Below, piece by piece: positions 12,001 to 27,000 of a DNA stretch of 64,000 nucleotides. The first letter of the stretch is position 1. Each line of letters starts with the position of its first letter. Location of the stretch: the NCBI GenBank assembly GCA_040954595.2, contig CM082589.2:8752794-8816793 (forward strand). The letters run 5' to 3'. The notes beneath the pieces are model-generated. The model was given only the letters and a program-made list of their open reading frames with translations. It did no database searches and was not told where the DNA came from. A program made the translations under genes and the position numbers. Source of the stretch: Balanoglossus misakiensis (lineage: Eukaryota > Animalia > Hemichordata).

Positions 12001-15000
12001 CAGCCTACCAATGTAGCTATTGTATTTTCCACTTTTTGTAAGTGAAGCCTGACTGTCGCCTGTCTTAGGTCACCACTTCATAAGCGGTCTTACCCGTCAT
12101 TGGCACAAACAGTCTCAGGAAGTAAGCTTTCAGCGTACCAATGTAGCTATTATATTTTCCACTTTTTGTAAGTGAAGTCTGACTGTCGCCTGTCTTAGGT
12201 CACCACTTCATAAGCGGTCTGACCCGTCATTGGCACAAACAGTCTCAGGAAGTAAGCTTTCAGCCTACCAATGTAGCTATTGTATTTTCCACTTTTTGTA
12301 AGTGAAGCCTGACTGTCGCCTGTCTTAGGTCACCACTTCATAAGCGGTCTTACCCGTCATTGGCACAAACAGTCTCAGGAAGTAAGCTTTCAGCCTACCA
12401 ATGTAGCTATTGTATTTTCCACTTTTGTAAGTGAAGCCTGACTGTCGCCTGTCTTAGGTCACCACTTCATAAGCGGTCTTACCCGTCATTGGCACAAACA
12501 GTCTCAGGAAGTAAGCTTTCAGCCTACCAATGTAGCTATTGTATTTTCCACTTTTTGTAAGTAAAGCCTGACTGTCGCCTGTCTTAGGTCACCACTTCAT
12601 AAGAGGTCTTACCCGTCATTGGCACAAACAGTCTCAGGACGTAAGCTTTCAGCCTACCAATGTAGCTATTGTATTTTCCAATTTTTGTAAGTGAAGCCTG
12701 ACTGTCGCCTGTCTTAGGTCACCACTTCATAAGCGGTCTTACCCGTCATTGGCACAAAGTCTCAGGAAGTAAGCTTTCAGCCTACCAATGAAGCTATTGT
12801 ATTTTCCACTTTTTGTAAGTGAAGCCTGACTGTCGCCTGTCTTAGGTCACCACTTCATAAGCGGTCTTACCCGTCATTGGCACAAACAGTCTCAGGAAGT
12901 AAGCTTTCAGCCTACCAATGTAGCTATTATATTTTCCACTTTTTGTAAGTGAAGCCTGACTGTCGCCTGTCTTAGGTCACCACTTCATAAGCGGTCTGAC
13001 CCGTCATTGGCACAAACAGTCTCAGGAAGTAAGCTTTCAGCCTACCAATGTAGCTATTGTATTTTCCACTTTTTGTAAGTGAAGCCTGACTGTCGCCTGT
13101 CTTAGGTCACCACTTCATAAGCGGTCTTACCCGTCATTGGCACAAACAGTCTCAGGACGTAAGCTTTCAGCCTACCAATGTAGCTATTGTATTTTCCACT
13201 TTTTGTAAGTGAAGCCTGACTGTCGCCTGTCTTAGGTCACCACTTCATAAGCGGTCTTACCCGTCATTGGCACAAACAGTCTCAGGACGTAAGCTTTCAG
13301 CCTACCAATGTAGCTATTGTATTTTCCACTTTTTGTAAGTGAAGCCTGACTGTCGCCTGTCTTAGGTCACCACTTCATAAGCGGTCTTACCCGTCATTGG
13401 CACAAATAGTCTCAGGAAGTAAGCCTCCAGCCTACCAATGTAGCTATTGTATTTTCCACTTTTTGTAAGTGAAGCCTGACTGTCGCCTGTCTTAGGTCAC
13501 CACTTCATAAGCGATCTTACCCGTTATTGGCACAAACAGTCTCAGGAAGTAAGCTTTCAGCCTACCAATATAGCTATTGTATTTTCCACTTTGTGTAAGT
13601 GAAGCCTGACTGTCGCCTGTCTTAGGTCACCACTTCATAAGCGGTCTGACCCGTCATTGGCACAAACAGTCTCAGGAAGTAAGCTTTCAGCCTACCAATG
13701 TAGCTATTGTATTTTCCATTTTTTGTAAGTGAAGCCTGACTGTCGCCTGTCTAAGGTCACCACTTCATAAGCGGTCTTACCCGTCATTGGCACAAACAGT
13801 CTCAGGAAGTAAGCTTTCAGCCTACCAATGTAGCTATTGTATTTTCCACTTTTTGTAAGTGAAGCCTGACTGTCGCCTGTCTTAGGTCACCACTTCATAA
13901 GCGGTCTTACCCGTCATTGGCACAAACAGTCTCAGGAAGTAAGCTTTCAGCCTACCAATGTAGCTATTGTATTTTCCACTTTTTGTAAGTGAAGCCTGAC
14001 TGTCGCCGGTCTTAGGTCACCACTTCATAAGCGGTCTTACCCGTCATTGGCACAAACAGTCTCAGGACGTAAGCTTTCAGCCTACCAATATAGCTATTGT
14101 ATTTTCCACTTTTTGTAAGTGAAGCCTGACTGTCGCCTGTCTTAGGTCACCACTTCATAAGCGGTCTTACCCGTCATTGGCACAAACAGTCTCAGGAAGT
14201 AAGCTTTCAGCCTACCAATGTAGCTATTATATTTTACACTTTTTGTAAGTGAAGCCTGACTGTCGCCTGTCGTAGGTCACCACTTCATAAGCGGTCTTAC
14301 CCGTCATTGGCACAAACAGTCTCAGGAAGTAAGCTTTCAGCCTACCAATGTAGCTATTGTATTTTCCACTTTTTGTAAGTGAAGCCTGACTGTCGCCTGT
14401 CTTAGGTCACCACTTCATAAGCGGTCTTACCCGTCATTGGCACAAACAGTCTCAGGACGTAAGCTTTCAGCCTACCAATGTAGCTATTGTATTTTCCACT
14501 TTTTGTAAGTGAAGCCTGACTGTCGCCTGTCTTAGGTCACCACTTCATAAGCGGTCTTACCCGTCATTGGCACAAACAGTCTCAGGAAGTAAGCCTCCAG
14601 CCTACCAATGTAGCTATTGTATTTTCCACTTTTTGTAAGTGAAGCCTGACTGTCGCCTGTCTTAGGTCACCACTTCATAAGCGGTCTTACCCGTCATTGG
14701 CACAAACAGTCTCAGGAAGTAAGCCTCCAGCCTACCAATGTAGCTATTGTATTTTCCACTTTTTGTAAGTGAAGCCTGACTGTCGCCTGTCTTAGGTCAC
14801 CACTTCATAAGCGGTCTGACCCGTCATTGGCACAAACAGTCTCAGGAAGTAAGCTTTCAGCCTACCAATGTAGCTATTGTATTTTCCACTTTTTGTAAGT
14901 GAAGCCTGACTGTCGCCTGTCTTAGGTCACCACTTCATAAGCGGTCTTACCCGTCATTGGCACAAACAGTCTCAGGAAGTAAGCTTTCAGCCTACCAATG

Positions 15001-18000
15001 TAGCTATTGTATTTTCCACTTTTTGTAAGTGAAGCCTGACTGTCGCCTGTCTTAGGTCACCACTTCATAAGCGGTCTTACCCGTCATTGGCACAAACAGT
15101 CTCAGGACGTAAGCTTTCAGCCTACCAATGTAGCTATTGTATTTTCCACTTTTTGTAAGTGAAGCCTGACTGTCGCCTGTCTTAGGTCACCACTTCATAA
15201 GCGGTCTTACCCGTCATTGGCACAAACAGTCTCAGGAAGTAAGCCTCCAGCCTACCAATGTAGCTATTGTATTTTCCACTTTTTGTAAGTGAAGCCTGAC
15301 TGTCGCCTGTCTTAGGTCACCACTTCATAAGCGGTCTTACCCGTCATTGGCACAAACAGTCTCAGGACGTAAGCTTTCAGCCTACCAATGTAGCTATTGT
15401 ATTTTCCACTTTTTGTAAGTGAAGCCTGACTGTCGCCTGTCTTAGGTCACCACTTCATAAGCGGTCTTACCCGTCATTGGCACAAACAGTCTCAGGAAGG
15501 AAGCTTTCAGCCTACCAATGTAGCTATTGTATTTTCCACTTTTTGTAAGTGAAGCCTGACTGTCGCCTGTCTTAGGTCACCACTTCATAAGCGGTCTTAC
15601 CCGTCATTGGTACAAACAGTCTCAGGAAGTAAGCCTCCAGCCTACCAATGTAGCTATTGTATTTTCCACTTTTTGTAAGTGAAGCCTGACTGTCGCCTGT
15701 CTTAGGTCACCACTTCATAAGCGGTCTTACCCGTCATTGGCACAAACAGTCTCAGGACGTAAGCTTTCAGCCTACCAATGTAGCTATTGTATTTTCCACT
15801 TTTTGTAAGTGAAGCCTGACTGTCGCCTGTCTTAGGTCACCACTTCATAAGCGGTCTTACCCGTCATTGGCACAAACAGTCTCAGGAAGTAAGCTTTCAG
15901 CCTACCAATTGTATTTTCCACTTTTTCTAAGTGAAGCCTGACTGTCGCCTGTCTTAGGTCACCACTTCATAAGCGGTCTTTCCCGTCATTGGCACAAACA
16001 GTCTCAGGAAGTAAGCTTTCAGCCTACCAATGTAGCTATTGTATTTTCCACTTTTTGTAAGTGAAGCCTGACTGTCGCCTGTCTTAGGTCACCACTTCAT
16101 AAGCGGTCTGACCCGTCATTGGCACAAACAGTCTCAGGAAGTAAGCTTTCAGCCTACCAATATAGCTATTGTATTTTCCACTTTTTGTAAGTGAAGCCTG
16201 ACTGTCGCCTGTCTTAGGTCACCACTTCATAAGCGGTCTTACCCGTCATTGGCACAAACAGTCTCAGGAAGTAAGCTTTCAGCCTACCAATATAGCTATT
16301 GTATTTTCCACTTTTTGTAGGAAGCCTGACTGTCGCCTGTGTTAGGTCACCACTTCATAAGCGGTCTTACCCGTCATTGGCACAAACAGTCTCAGGAAGT
16401 AAGCTTTCTGCCTACCAATGTAGCTATTATATTTTCCACTTTTTGTAAGTGAAGCCTGACTGTCGCCTGTCTTAGGTCACCACTTCATAAGCGGTCTTAC
16501 CCGTCATTGGCACAAACAGTCTCAGGAAGTAAGCTTTCAGCCTACCAATGTAGCTATTATATTTTCCACTTTTTGTAAGTGAAGCCTGACTGTCGCCTGT
16601 CTTAGGTCACCACTTCATAAGCGGTCTTACCCGTCATTGGCACAAACAGTCTCAGGAAGTAAGCTTTCAGCCTACCAATGTAGCTATTATATTTTCCACT
16701 TTTTGTAAGTGAAGCCTGACTGTCGCCTGTCTTAGGTCACCACTTCATAAGCGGTCTGACCCGTCATTGGCACAAACAGTCTCAGAAAGTAAGCTTTCGG
16801 CCTACCAATGTAGCTATTGTATTTTCCACTTTTTGTAAGTGAAGCCTGACTGTCGCCTGTCTTAGGTCACCACTTCATAAGCGGTCTTACCCGTCATTGG
16901 CACAAACAGCCTCAGGAAGTAAGCTTTCAGCCTACCAATGTAGCTATTGTATTTTCCACTTTTTGTAAGTGAAGCCTGACTGTCGCCTGTCTTAGGTCAC
17001 CACTTCATAAGCGGTCTTACCCGTCATTGGCACAAACAGTCTCAGGAAGTAAGCTTTCAGCCTACCAATGTAGGTATTGTATTTTCCACTTTTTGTAAGT
17101 GAAGCCTGACTGTCGCCTGTCTTAGGTCACCACTTCATAAGCGGTCTTACCCGTCATTGGCACAAACAGTCTCAGGAAGTAAGCTTTCAGCCTACCAATG
17201 TAGCTATTGTATTTTCCACTTTTTGTAAGTGAAGCCTGACTGTCGCCTGTCTTAGGTCTCCACTTCATAAGCGGTCTTACCCGTCATTGGCACAAACAGT
17301 CTCAGGAAGTAAGCTTTCAGCCTACCAATTGTATTTTCCACTTTTTGTAAGTGAAGCCTGACTGTCGCCTGTCTTAGGTCACCACTTCATAAGCGGTCTT
17401 ACCCGTCATTGGCACAAACAGTCTCAGGACGTAAGCTTTCAGCCTACCAATGTAGCTATTGTATTTTCCACTTTTTGTAAGTGAAGCCTGACTGTCGCCT
17501 GTCTTAGGTCACCACTTCATAAGCGGTCTGACCCGTCATTGGCACAAACAGTCTCAGGAAGTAAGCTTTCAGCCTACCAATGTAGCTATTGTATTTTCCA
17601 CTTTTTGTAAGTGAAGCCTGACTGTCGCCTGTCTTAGGTCACCACTTCATAAGCGGTCTTACCCGTCATTGGCACAAACAGTCTCAGGAAGTAAGCTTTC
17701 AGCCTACCAATGTAGCTATTGTATTTTCCACTTTTTGTAAGTGAAGCCTGACTGTCGCCTGTCTTAGGTCACCACTTCATAAGCGGTCTTACCCGTCATT
17801 GGCACAAACAGTCTCAGGAAGTAAGCTTTCAGCCTACCAATGTAGCTATTGTATTTTCCACTTTTTGTAAGTGAAGCCTGACTGTCGCCTGTCTTAGGTC
17901 ACCACTTCATAAGCGGTCTTACCCGTCATTGGCACAAACAGTCTCAGGAAGTAAGCTTTCAGCCTACCAATGTAGCTATTGTATTTTCCACTTTTTGTAA

Positions 18001-21000
18001 GTGAAGCCTGACTGTCGCCTGTCTTAGGTCTCCACTTCATAAGCGGTCTTACCCGTCATTGGCACAAACAGTCTCAGGAAGTAAGCTTTCAGCCTACCAA
18101 TTGTATTTTCCACTTTTTGTAAGTGAAGCCTGACTGTCGCCTGTCTTAGGTCAACACTTCATAAGCGGTCTTACCCGTCATTGGCACAAACAGTCTCAGG
18201 AAGTAAGCTTTCAGCCTACCAATATAGCTATTGTATTTTCCACTTTTTGTAGGAAGCCTGACTGTCGCCTGTCTTAGGTCACCACTTCATAAGCGGTCTT
18301 ACCCGTCATTGGCACAAACAGTCTCAGGAAGTAAGCTTTCAGCCTACCAATGTAGCTATTATATTTTCCACTTTTTGTAAGAGAAGCCTGACTGTCGCCT
18401 GTCTTAGGTCACCACTTCATAAGCGGTCTGACCCGTCATTGGCACAAACAGTCTCAGGAAGTAAGCTTTCAGCCTACCAATGTAGCTATTATATTTTCCA
18501 CTTTTTGTAAGTGAAGCCTGACTGTCGCCTGTCTTAGGTCACCACTTCATAAGCGGTCTTACCCGTCATTGGCACAAACAGTCTCAGGAAGTAAGCTTTC
18601 AGCCTACCAATGTAGCTATTGTATTTTCCACTTTTTGTAAGTGAAGCCTGACTGTCGCCTGTCTTAGGTCACCACTTCATAAGCGGTCTTACCCGTCATT
18701 GGCACAAACAGTCTCAGGAAGTAAGCTTTCAGCCTACCAATGTAGCTATTGTATTTTCCACTTTTTGTAAGTGAAGCCTGACTGTCGCCTGTCTTAGGTC
18801 ACCACTTCATAAGCGGTCTTACCCGTCATTGGCACAAACAGTCTCAGGAAGTAAGCTTTCAGCCTACCAATGTAGCTATTGTATTTTCCACTTTTTGTAA
18901 GTGAAGCCTGACTGTCGCCTGTCTTAGGTCTCCACTTCATAAGCGGTCTTACCCGTCATTGGCACAAACAGTCTCAGGAAGTAAGCTTTCAGCCTACCAA
19001 TGTAGCTATTGTATTTTCCACTTTTTGTAAGTGAAGCCTGACTGTCGCCTGTCTTAGGTCACCACTTCATAAGCGGTCTTACCCGTCATTGGCACAAACA
19101 GTCTCAGGAAGTAAGCTTTCAGCCTACCAATATAGCTATTGTATTTTCCACTTTTTGTAGGAAGCCTGACTGTCGCCTGTCTTAGGTCACCACTTCATAA
19201 GCGGTCTTACCCGTCATTGGCACAAACAGTCTCAGGAAGTAAGCTTTCAGCCTACCAAATGTATTTTCCACTTTTTGTAAGTGAAGCCTGACTGTCGCCT
19301 GTCTTAGGTCACCACTTCATAAGCGGTCTTTCCCGTCATTGGCACAAACAGTCTCAGGAAGTAAGCATTCAGCCTACCAATGCAGCTATTATATTTTCCA
19401 CTTTTTGTAAGTGAAGCCTGACTGTCGCCTGTCTTAGGTCACCACTTCATAAGCGGTCTTACCCGTCATTGGCACAAACAGTCTCAGGAAGTAAGCTTTC
19501 AGCCTACCAATGTAGCTATTGTATTTTCCACTTTTTGTAAGTGAAGCCTGACTGTCGCCTGTCTTAGGTCACCACTTAATAAGCGGTCTTACCCGTCATT
19601 GGCACAAACAGTCTCAGGAAGTAAGCTTTCAGCCTACCAAATGTATTTTCCACTTTTTGTAAGTGAAGCCTGACTGTCGCCTGTCTTAGGTCACCACTTC
19701 ATAAGCGGTCTTACCCGTCATTGGCACAAACAGTCTCAGGAAGTAAGCTTTCAGCCTACCAATGTAGCTATTGTATTTTCCACTTTTTGTAAGTGAAGCC
19801 TGACTGTCGCCTGTCTTAGGTCACCACTTCATAAGCGGTCTTACCCGTCATTGGCACAAACAGTCTCAGGAAGTAAGCTTTCAGCCTACCAATGTAGCTC
19901 TTGTATTTTCCACTTTTTGTAAGTGAAGCCTGACTGTCGCCTGTCTTAGGTCACCACTTCATAAGCGGTCTTACACGTCATTGGCACAAACAGTCTCAGG
20001 AAGTAAGCTTTCAGCCTACCAATGTAGCTATTATATTTTCAACTTTTTGTAAGTGAAGCCTGACTGTCGCCTGTCTTAGGTCACCACTTCACAAGAGGTC
20101 TTACCCATCATTGGCACAAACAGTCTCAGGAAGTAAGCTTTCAGCCTACCAATGTAGCTATTGTATTTTCCACTTTTTTAAGTGAAGCCTGACTGTCGCC
20201 TGTCTTAGGTCACCACTTCATAAGAGGTCTTACCCGTCATTGGCACAAACAGTCTCAGGAAGTAAGCTTTCAGCCTACCAATGTAGCTATTATATTTTCC
20301 AGTTTTTGTAAGTGAAGCCTGACTGTCGCCTGTCTTAGGTCACCACTTCATAAGCGGTCTTACCCGTCATTGGCACAAACAGTCTCAGGAAGTAAGCTTT
20401 CAGCCTACCAATGTAGCTATTGTATTTTCCACTTTTTGTAAGTGAAGCCTGACTGTCGCCTGTCTTATGTCGTCACTTCATAAGCGGTCTTACCCGTCAT
20501 TGGCACAAACAGTCTCAGGAAGTAAGCTTTCAGCCTACCAATGTAGCTATTATATTTTCCACTTTTTGTAAGTGAAGCCTGACTGTCGCCTGTCTTAGGT
20601 CACCACTTCATAAGCGGTTTACCCGTCATTGGCACAAACAGACTCAGGAAGTAAGCTTTCAGCCTACCAATGTAGCTATTATATTTTCCACTTTTTGTAA
20701 GTGAAGCCTGACTGTCGCCTGTCTTAGGTCACCACTTCATAAGCGGTCTTACCCGTCATTGGCACAAACAGTCTCAGGAAGTAAGCTTTCAGCCTACCAA
20801 TGTAGCTATTGTATTTTCCACTTTTTGTAAGTGAAGCCTGACTGTCGCCTGTCTTAGGTCACCACTTCATAAGCGTTCTTACCCGTCATTGGCACAAACA
20901 GTCTCAGGAAGTAAGCTTTCAGCCTACCAATGTAGCTATTATATTTTCCACTTTTTGTAAGTGAAGCCTGACTGTCGCCTGTCTTAGGTCACCACTTCAT

Positions 21001-24000
21001 AAGCGGTCTTACCCGTCATTGGCACAAACAGTCTCAGGAAGTAAGCTTTCAGCCTACTAATGTAGCTATTGTATTTTCCACTTTTTGTAAGTGAAGCCTG
21101 ACTGTCGCCTGTCTTAGGTCACCACTTCATAAGAGGTCTTACCCATCATTGGCACAAACAGTCTCAGGAAGTAAGCTTTCAGCCTACCAATGTAGCTATT
21201 ATATTTTTAACTTTTTGTAAGTGAAGCCTGACTGTCGCCTGTCTTAGGTCACCACTTCATAAGCGGTCTTACCCGTCATTGGCACAAACAGTCTCAGGAA
21301 GTAAGCTTTCAGCCTGCCAATGTAGCTATTGTATTTTCCACTTTTTGTAAGTGAAGCCTGACTGTCGCCTGTCTTAGGTCACCACTTCATAAGCGGTCTT
21401 ACCCGTCATTGGCACAAACAGTCTCAGGAAGTAAGCTTTCAGCCTACCAATGTAGCTATTATATTTTCCACTTTTTCTAAGTGAAGCCTGACTGTCGCCT
21501 GTCTTAGGTCACCACTTCATATGTGGTCTTACCCGTCATTGGCACAAACAGACTCAGGAAGTAAGCTTTCAGCCGACCAATGTAGCTATTGTATTTTCCA
21601 CTTTTTGTAAGTGAAGCCTGACTGTCGCCTGTCTTAGGTCATCACTTCATAAGCGGTCTTACCCGTCATTGGCACAAACAGTCTCAGGAAGTAAGCTTTC
21701 AGCCTACCAATGTAGCTATTGTATTTTCCACTTTTTGTAAGTGAAGCCTGACTGTCGACTGTCTTAGGTCACCACTTCATAAGCGGTCTTACCCGTCATT
21801 GGCACAAACAGTCTCAGGAAGTAAGCTTTCAGCCTACCAATGTAGCTATTGTATTTTCCACTTTTTGTAAGTGAAGCCTGACTATCGCCTGTCTTAGGAC
21901 ACCACTTCATAAGCGGTCTTACCCGTCATTGGCACAAACAGTCTCAGGAAGTAAGCTTTCAGCCTACCAAATGTATTTTCCACTTTTTGTAAGTGAAGCC
22001 TGACTGTCGCCTGTCTTAGGTCACCACTTCATATGTGGTCTTACCCGTCATTGGCACAAACAGACTCAGGAAGTAAGCTTTCAGCCGACCAATGTAGCTA
22101 TTGTATTTTCCACTTTTTGTAAGTGAAGCCTGACTGTCGCCTGTCTTAGGTCATCACTTCATAAGCGGTCTTACCCGTCATTGGCACAAACAGTCTCAGG
22201 AAGTAAGCTTTCAGCCTACCAATGTAGCTATTGTATTTTCCACTTTTTGTAAGTGAAGCCTGACTGTCGACTGTCTTAGGTCACCACTTCATAAGCGGTC
22301 TTACCCGTCATTGGCACAAACAGTCTCAGGAAGTAAGCTTTCAGCCTACCAATGTAGCTATTGTATTTTCCACTTTTTGTAAGTGAAGCCTGACTGTGGC
22401 CTGTCTTAGGTCACCACTTCATAAGCGGTCTTACCCGTCATTGGCACAAACAGTCTCAGGAAGTAAGCTTTCAGCCTACCAATGTAGCTATTGTATTTTC
22501 CACTTTTTGTAAGTGAAGCCTGACTGTCGCCTGTCTTAGGTCACCACTTCATAAGAGGTCTTACCCGTCATTGGCACAAACAGTCTCAGGAAGTAAGCTT
22601 TCAGCCAACCAATGTAGCTATTATATTTTCCACTTTTTGTAAGTGAAGCCTGACTGTCGCCTGTCTTAGGTCACCACTTCATATGTGGTCTTACCCGTCA
22701 TTGGCACAAACAGACTCAGGAAGTAAGCTTTCAGCCTACCAATGTAGCTATTGTATTTTCCACTTTTTGTAAGTGAAGCCTGACTGTCGCCTGTCTTAGG
22801 TCATCACTTCATAAGCGGTCTTACCCGTCATTGGCACAAACAGTCTCAGGAAGTAAGCTTTCAGCCTACCAATGTAGCTATTGTATTTTCCACTTTTTGT
22901 AAGTGAAGCCTGACTGTCGACTGTCTTAGGTCACCACTTCATAAGCGGTCTTACCCGTCATTGGCACAAACAGTCTCAGGAAGTAAGCTTTCAGCCTACC
23001 AATGTAGCTATTGTATCATAAGCGGTCTTACCCGTCATTGGCACAAACAGTCTCAGGAAGTAAGCTTTCAGCCTACCAATGTAGCTATTGTATTTTCCAC
23101 TTTTTGTAAGTGAAGCCTGACTGTGGCCTGTCTTAGGTCACCACTTCATAAGCGGTCTTACCCGTCATTGGCACAAACAGTCTCAGGAAGTAAGCTTTCA
23201 GCCTACCAATGTAGCTATTGTATTTTCCACTTTTTGTAAGTGAAGCCTGACTGTCGCCTGTCTTAGGTCACCACTTCATAAGCGGTCTTACCCGTCATTG
23301 GCACAAACTGACTCAGGAAGTAAGCTTTCAGCCAACCAATGTAGCTATTATATTTTCCACTTTTTGTAAGTGAAGCCTGACTGTCGCCTGTCTTAGGTCA
23401 CCACTTCATAAGCGGTCTTACCCGTCATTGGCACAAACAGTCTCAGTTGAATGTAGCTATTGTATTTTACACTTTTTGTAAGTGAAGCCTGACTGTCGCC
23501 TGTCTTAGGTCACCACTTCATAAGCGGTCTTACCTGTCATTGGCACAAACAGTCTCAGGAAGTAAGCTTTCAGCCTACCAATGTAGCTATTGTATTTTCC
23601 ACTTTTTGTAAGTGAAGCCTGACTGTCGCCTGTCTTAGGTCACCCCTTCATAAGCGGTCTTACCCGTCATTGGCACAAACAGTCTCAGGACGTAAGCTTT
23701 CAGCCTACCAATGTAGCTATTGTATTTTCCACTTTTTGTAAGTGAAGCCTGACTGTGGCCTGTCTTAGGTCACCACTTCATAAGCGGTCTTACCCGTCAT
23801 TGGCACAAACAGTCTCAGGAAGTAAGCTTTCAGCCTACCAATGTAGCTATTGTATTTTCCACTTTTTGTAAGTGAAGCCTGACTGTCGCCTGTCTTAGGT
23901 CACCCCTTCATAAGCGGTCTTACCCGTCATTGGCACAAACAGTCTCAGGACGTAAGCTTTCAGCCTACCAATGTAGCTATTGTATTTTCCACTTTTTGTA

Positions 24001-27000
24001 AGTGAAGCCTGACTGTCGCCTGTCTTAGGTCACCACTTCATAAGCGGTCTTACCCGTCATTGGCACAAACAGTCTCAGGAAGTAAGCTTTCAGCCTACCA
24101 ATGTAGCTATTATATTTTCCACTTTTTGTAAGTGAAGCCTGACTGTCGCCTGTCTTAGGTCACCACTTCATAAGCGGTCTTACCTGTCATTGGCACAAAC
24201 AGTCTCAGGAAGTAAGCTTTCAGCCTACCAATGTAGCTATTGTATTTTCCACTTTTTGTAAGTGAAGCCTGACTGTCACCTGTCTTAGGTCACCCCTTCA
24301 TAAGCGGTCTTACCCGTCATTGGCACAAACAGTCTCAGGACGTAAGCTTTCAGCCTACCAATGTAGGTATTGTATTTTCCACTTTTTGTAAGTGAAGCCT
24401 GACTGTCGCCTGTCTTAGGTCAACACTTCATAAGCGGTCTTACCCGTCATTGGCACAAACAGTCTCAGGACGTAAGCCCTCAGCCTACCAATGTAGCTAT
24501 TGTATTTTCCACTTTTTGTAAGTGAAGCCTGACTGTCGCCTGTCTTAGGTCACCACTTCATAAGCGGTCTTACCCGTCATTGGCACAAACAGTCTCAGGA
24601 AGTAAGCTTTCAGCAAACCAATGTAGCTATTGTATTTTCCACTTTTTGTAAGTGAAGCCTGACTGTCGCCTGTCTTAGGTCAACACTTCATAAGCGGTCT
24701 TACCCGTCATTGGCACAAACAGTCTCAGGAAGTAAGCTTTCAGCCTACCAATGTAGCTATTGTATTTTCCACTTTTTGTAAGTGAAGCCTGACTGTCGCC
24801 TGTCTTAGGTCACCACTTCATAAGCGGTCTTACCCGTCATTGGCACAAACAGTCTCAGGAAGTAAGCTTTCAGCCTACCAATGTAGCTATTGTATTTTCC
24901 ACTTTTTGTAAGTGAAGCCTGACTGTCGCCTGTCTTAGGTCAACACTTCATAAGCGGTCTTACCCGTCATTGGCACAAACAGTCTCAGGAAGTAAGCTTT
25001 CAGCCTACCAATGTAGCTATTGTATTTTCCACTTTTTGTAAGTGAAACCTGACTGTCGCCTGTCTTAGGTCACCACTTCATAAGCTGCCTTACCCGTCAT
25101 TGGCACAAACAGTCTCAGGAAGTAAGCTTTCAGCCTACCAATGTAGCTATTGTATTTTCCACTTTTTGTAAGTGAAGCCTGACTGTCGCCTGTCTTAGGT
25201 CACCACTTCATAAGCGGTCTTACCCGTCATTGGCACAAACAGTCTCAGGAAGTAAGCTTTCAGCCTACCAATGTAGCTATTGTATTTTCCACTTTTTGTA
25301 AGTGAAGCCTGACTGTCGCCTGTCTTAGGTCACCACTTCATAAGCGGTCTTACCCGTCATTGGCACAAACAGTCTCAGGAAGTAAGCTTTCAGCCTACCA
25401 ATGTAGCTATTGTATTTTCCAATTTTTGTAAGTGAAGCCTGACTGTCGCCTGTCTTAGGTCAACACTTCATAAGCGGTCTTACCCGTCATTGGCACAAAC
25501 AGTCTCAGGAAGTAAGCTTTCAGCCTACCAATGTAGCTATTGTATTTTCCACTTTTTGTAAGTGAAACCTGACTGTCGCCTGTCTTAGGTCACTACTTCA
25601 TAAGCTGCCTTACCCGTCATTGGCACAAACAGTCTCAGGAAGTAAGCTTTCAGCCTACCAATGTAGCTATTGTATTTTCCACTTTTTGTAAGTGAAGCCT
25701 GACTGTCGCCTGTCTTAGGACACCACTTCATAAGCGGTCTTACCCGTCATTGGCACAAACAGTCTCAGGAAGTAAGCTTTCAGCCTACCAATGTAGCTAT
25801 TGTATTTTCCACTTTTTGTAAGTGAAGCCTGACTGTCGCCTGTCTTAGGTCACCACTTTATAAGCGGTCTTACCCGTCATTGGCACAAACAGTCTCAGGA
25901 AGTAAGCTTTCAGCCTACCAATGTAGCTATTGTATTTTCCACTTTTTGTAAGTGAAGCCTGACTGTCGCCTGTCTTAGGTCACCACTTCATAAGCGGTCT
26001 TACCCGTCATTGGCACAAACAGTCTCAGGACGTAAGCTTTCAGCCTACCAATGTAGCTATTGTATTTTCCACTTTTTATAAGTGAAGCCTGACTGTCGCC
26101 TGTCTTAGGTCACCACTTCATAAGCGGTCTTACCCGTCATTGGCACAAACAGTCTCAGGAAGTAAGCTTTCAGCCTACCAATGTAGCTATTGTATTTTCC
26201 ACTTTTTGTAAGTGAAGCCTGACTGTCGCCTGTCTTAGGTCAACACTTCATAAGCGGTCTTACCCGTCATTGGCACAAACAGTCTCAGGAAGTAAGCTTT
26301 CAGCCTACCAATGTAGCTATTGAATTTTCCACTTTTTGTAAGTGAAGCCTGACTGTCGCCTGTCTTAGGTCACCACTTCATAAGCGGTCTTACCCGTCAT
26401 TGGCACAAACAGTCTCAGGAAGTAAGCTTTCAGCCTACCAATGTAGCTATTATATTTTCCACTTTTGTAAGTGAAGCCTGACTGTCGCCTGTCTTAGGTC
26501 ACCACTTCATAAGCGGTCTTACCTGTCATTGGCACAAATAGTCTCAGGAAGTAAGCTTTCAGCCTACCAATGTAGCTATTGTATTTTCCACTTTTTGTAA
26601 GTGAAGCCTGACTGTCGCCTGTCTTAGGTCACCCCTTCATAAGCGGTCTTACCCGTCATTGGCACAAACAGTCTCAGGACGTAAGCTTTCAGCCTACCAA
26701 TGTAGCTATTGTATTTTCCACTTTTTGTAAGTGAAGCCTGACTGTCGCCTGTCTTAGGTCACCACTTCATAAGCGGTCTTACCCGTCATTGGCACAAACA
26801 GTCTCAGGACGTAAGCCCTCAGCCTACCAATGTAGCTATTGTATTTTCCACTTTTTGTAAGTGAAGCCTGACTGTCGCCTGTCTTAGGTCACCACTTCAT
26901 AAGCGGTCTTACCCGTCATTGGCACAAACAGTCTCAGGAAGTAAGCTTTCAGCCTACCAATGTAGCTATTGTATTTTCCACTTTTTGTAAGTGAAGCCTG

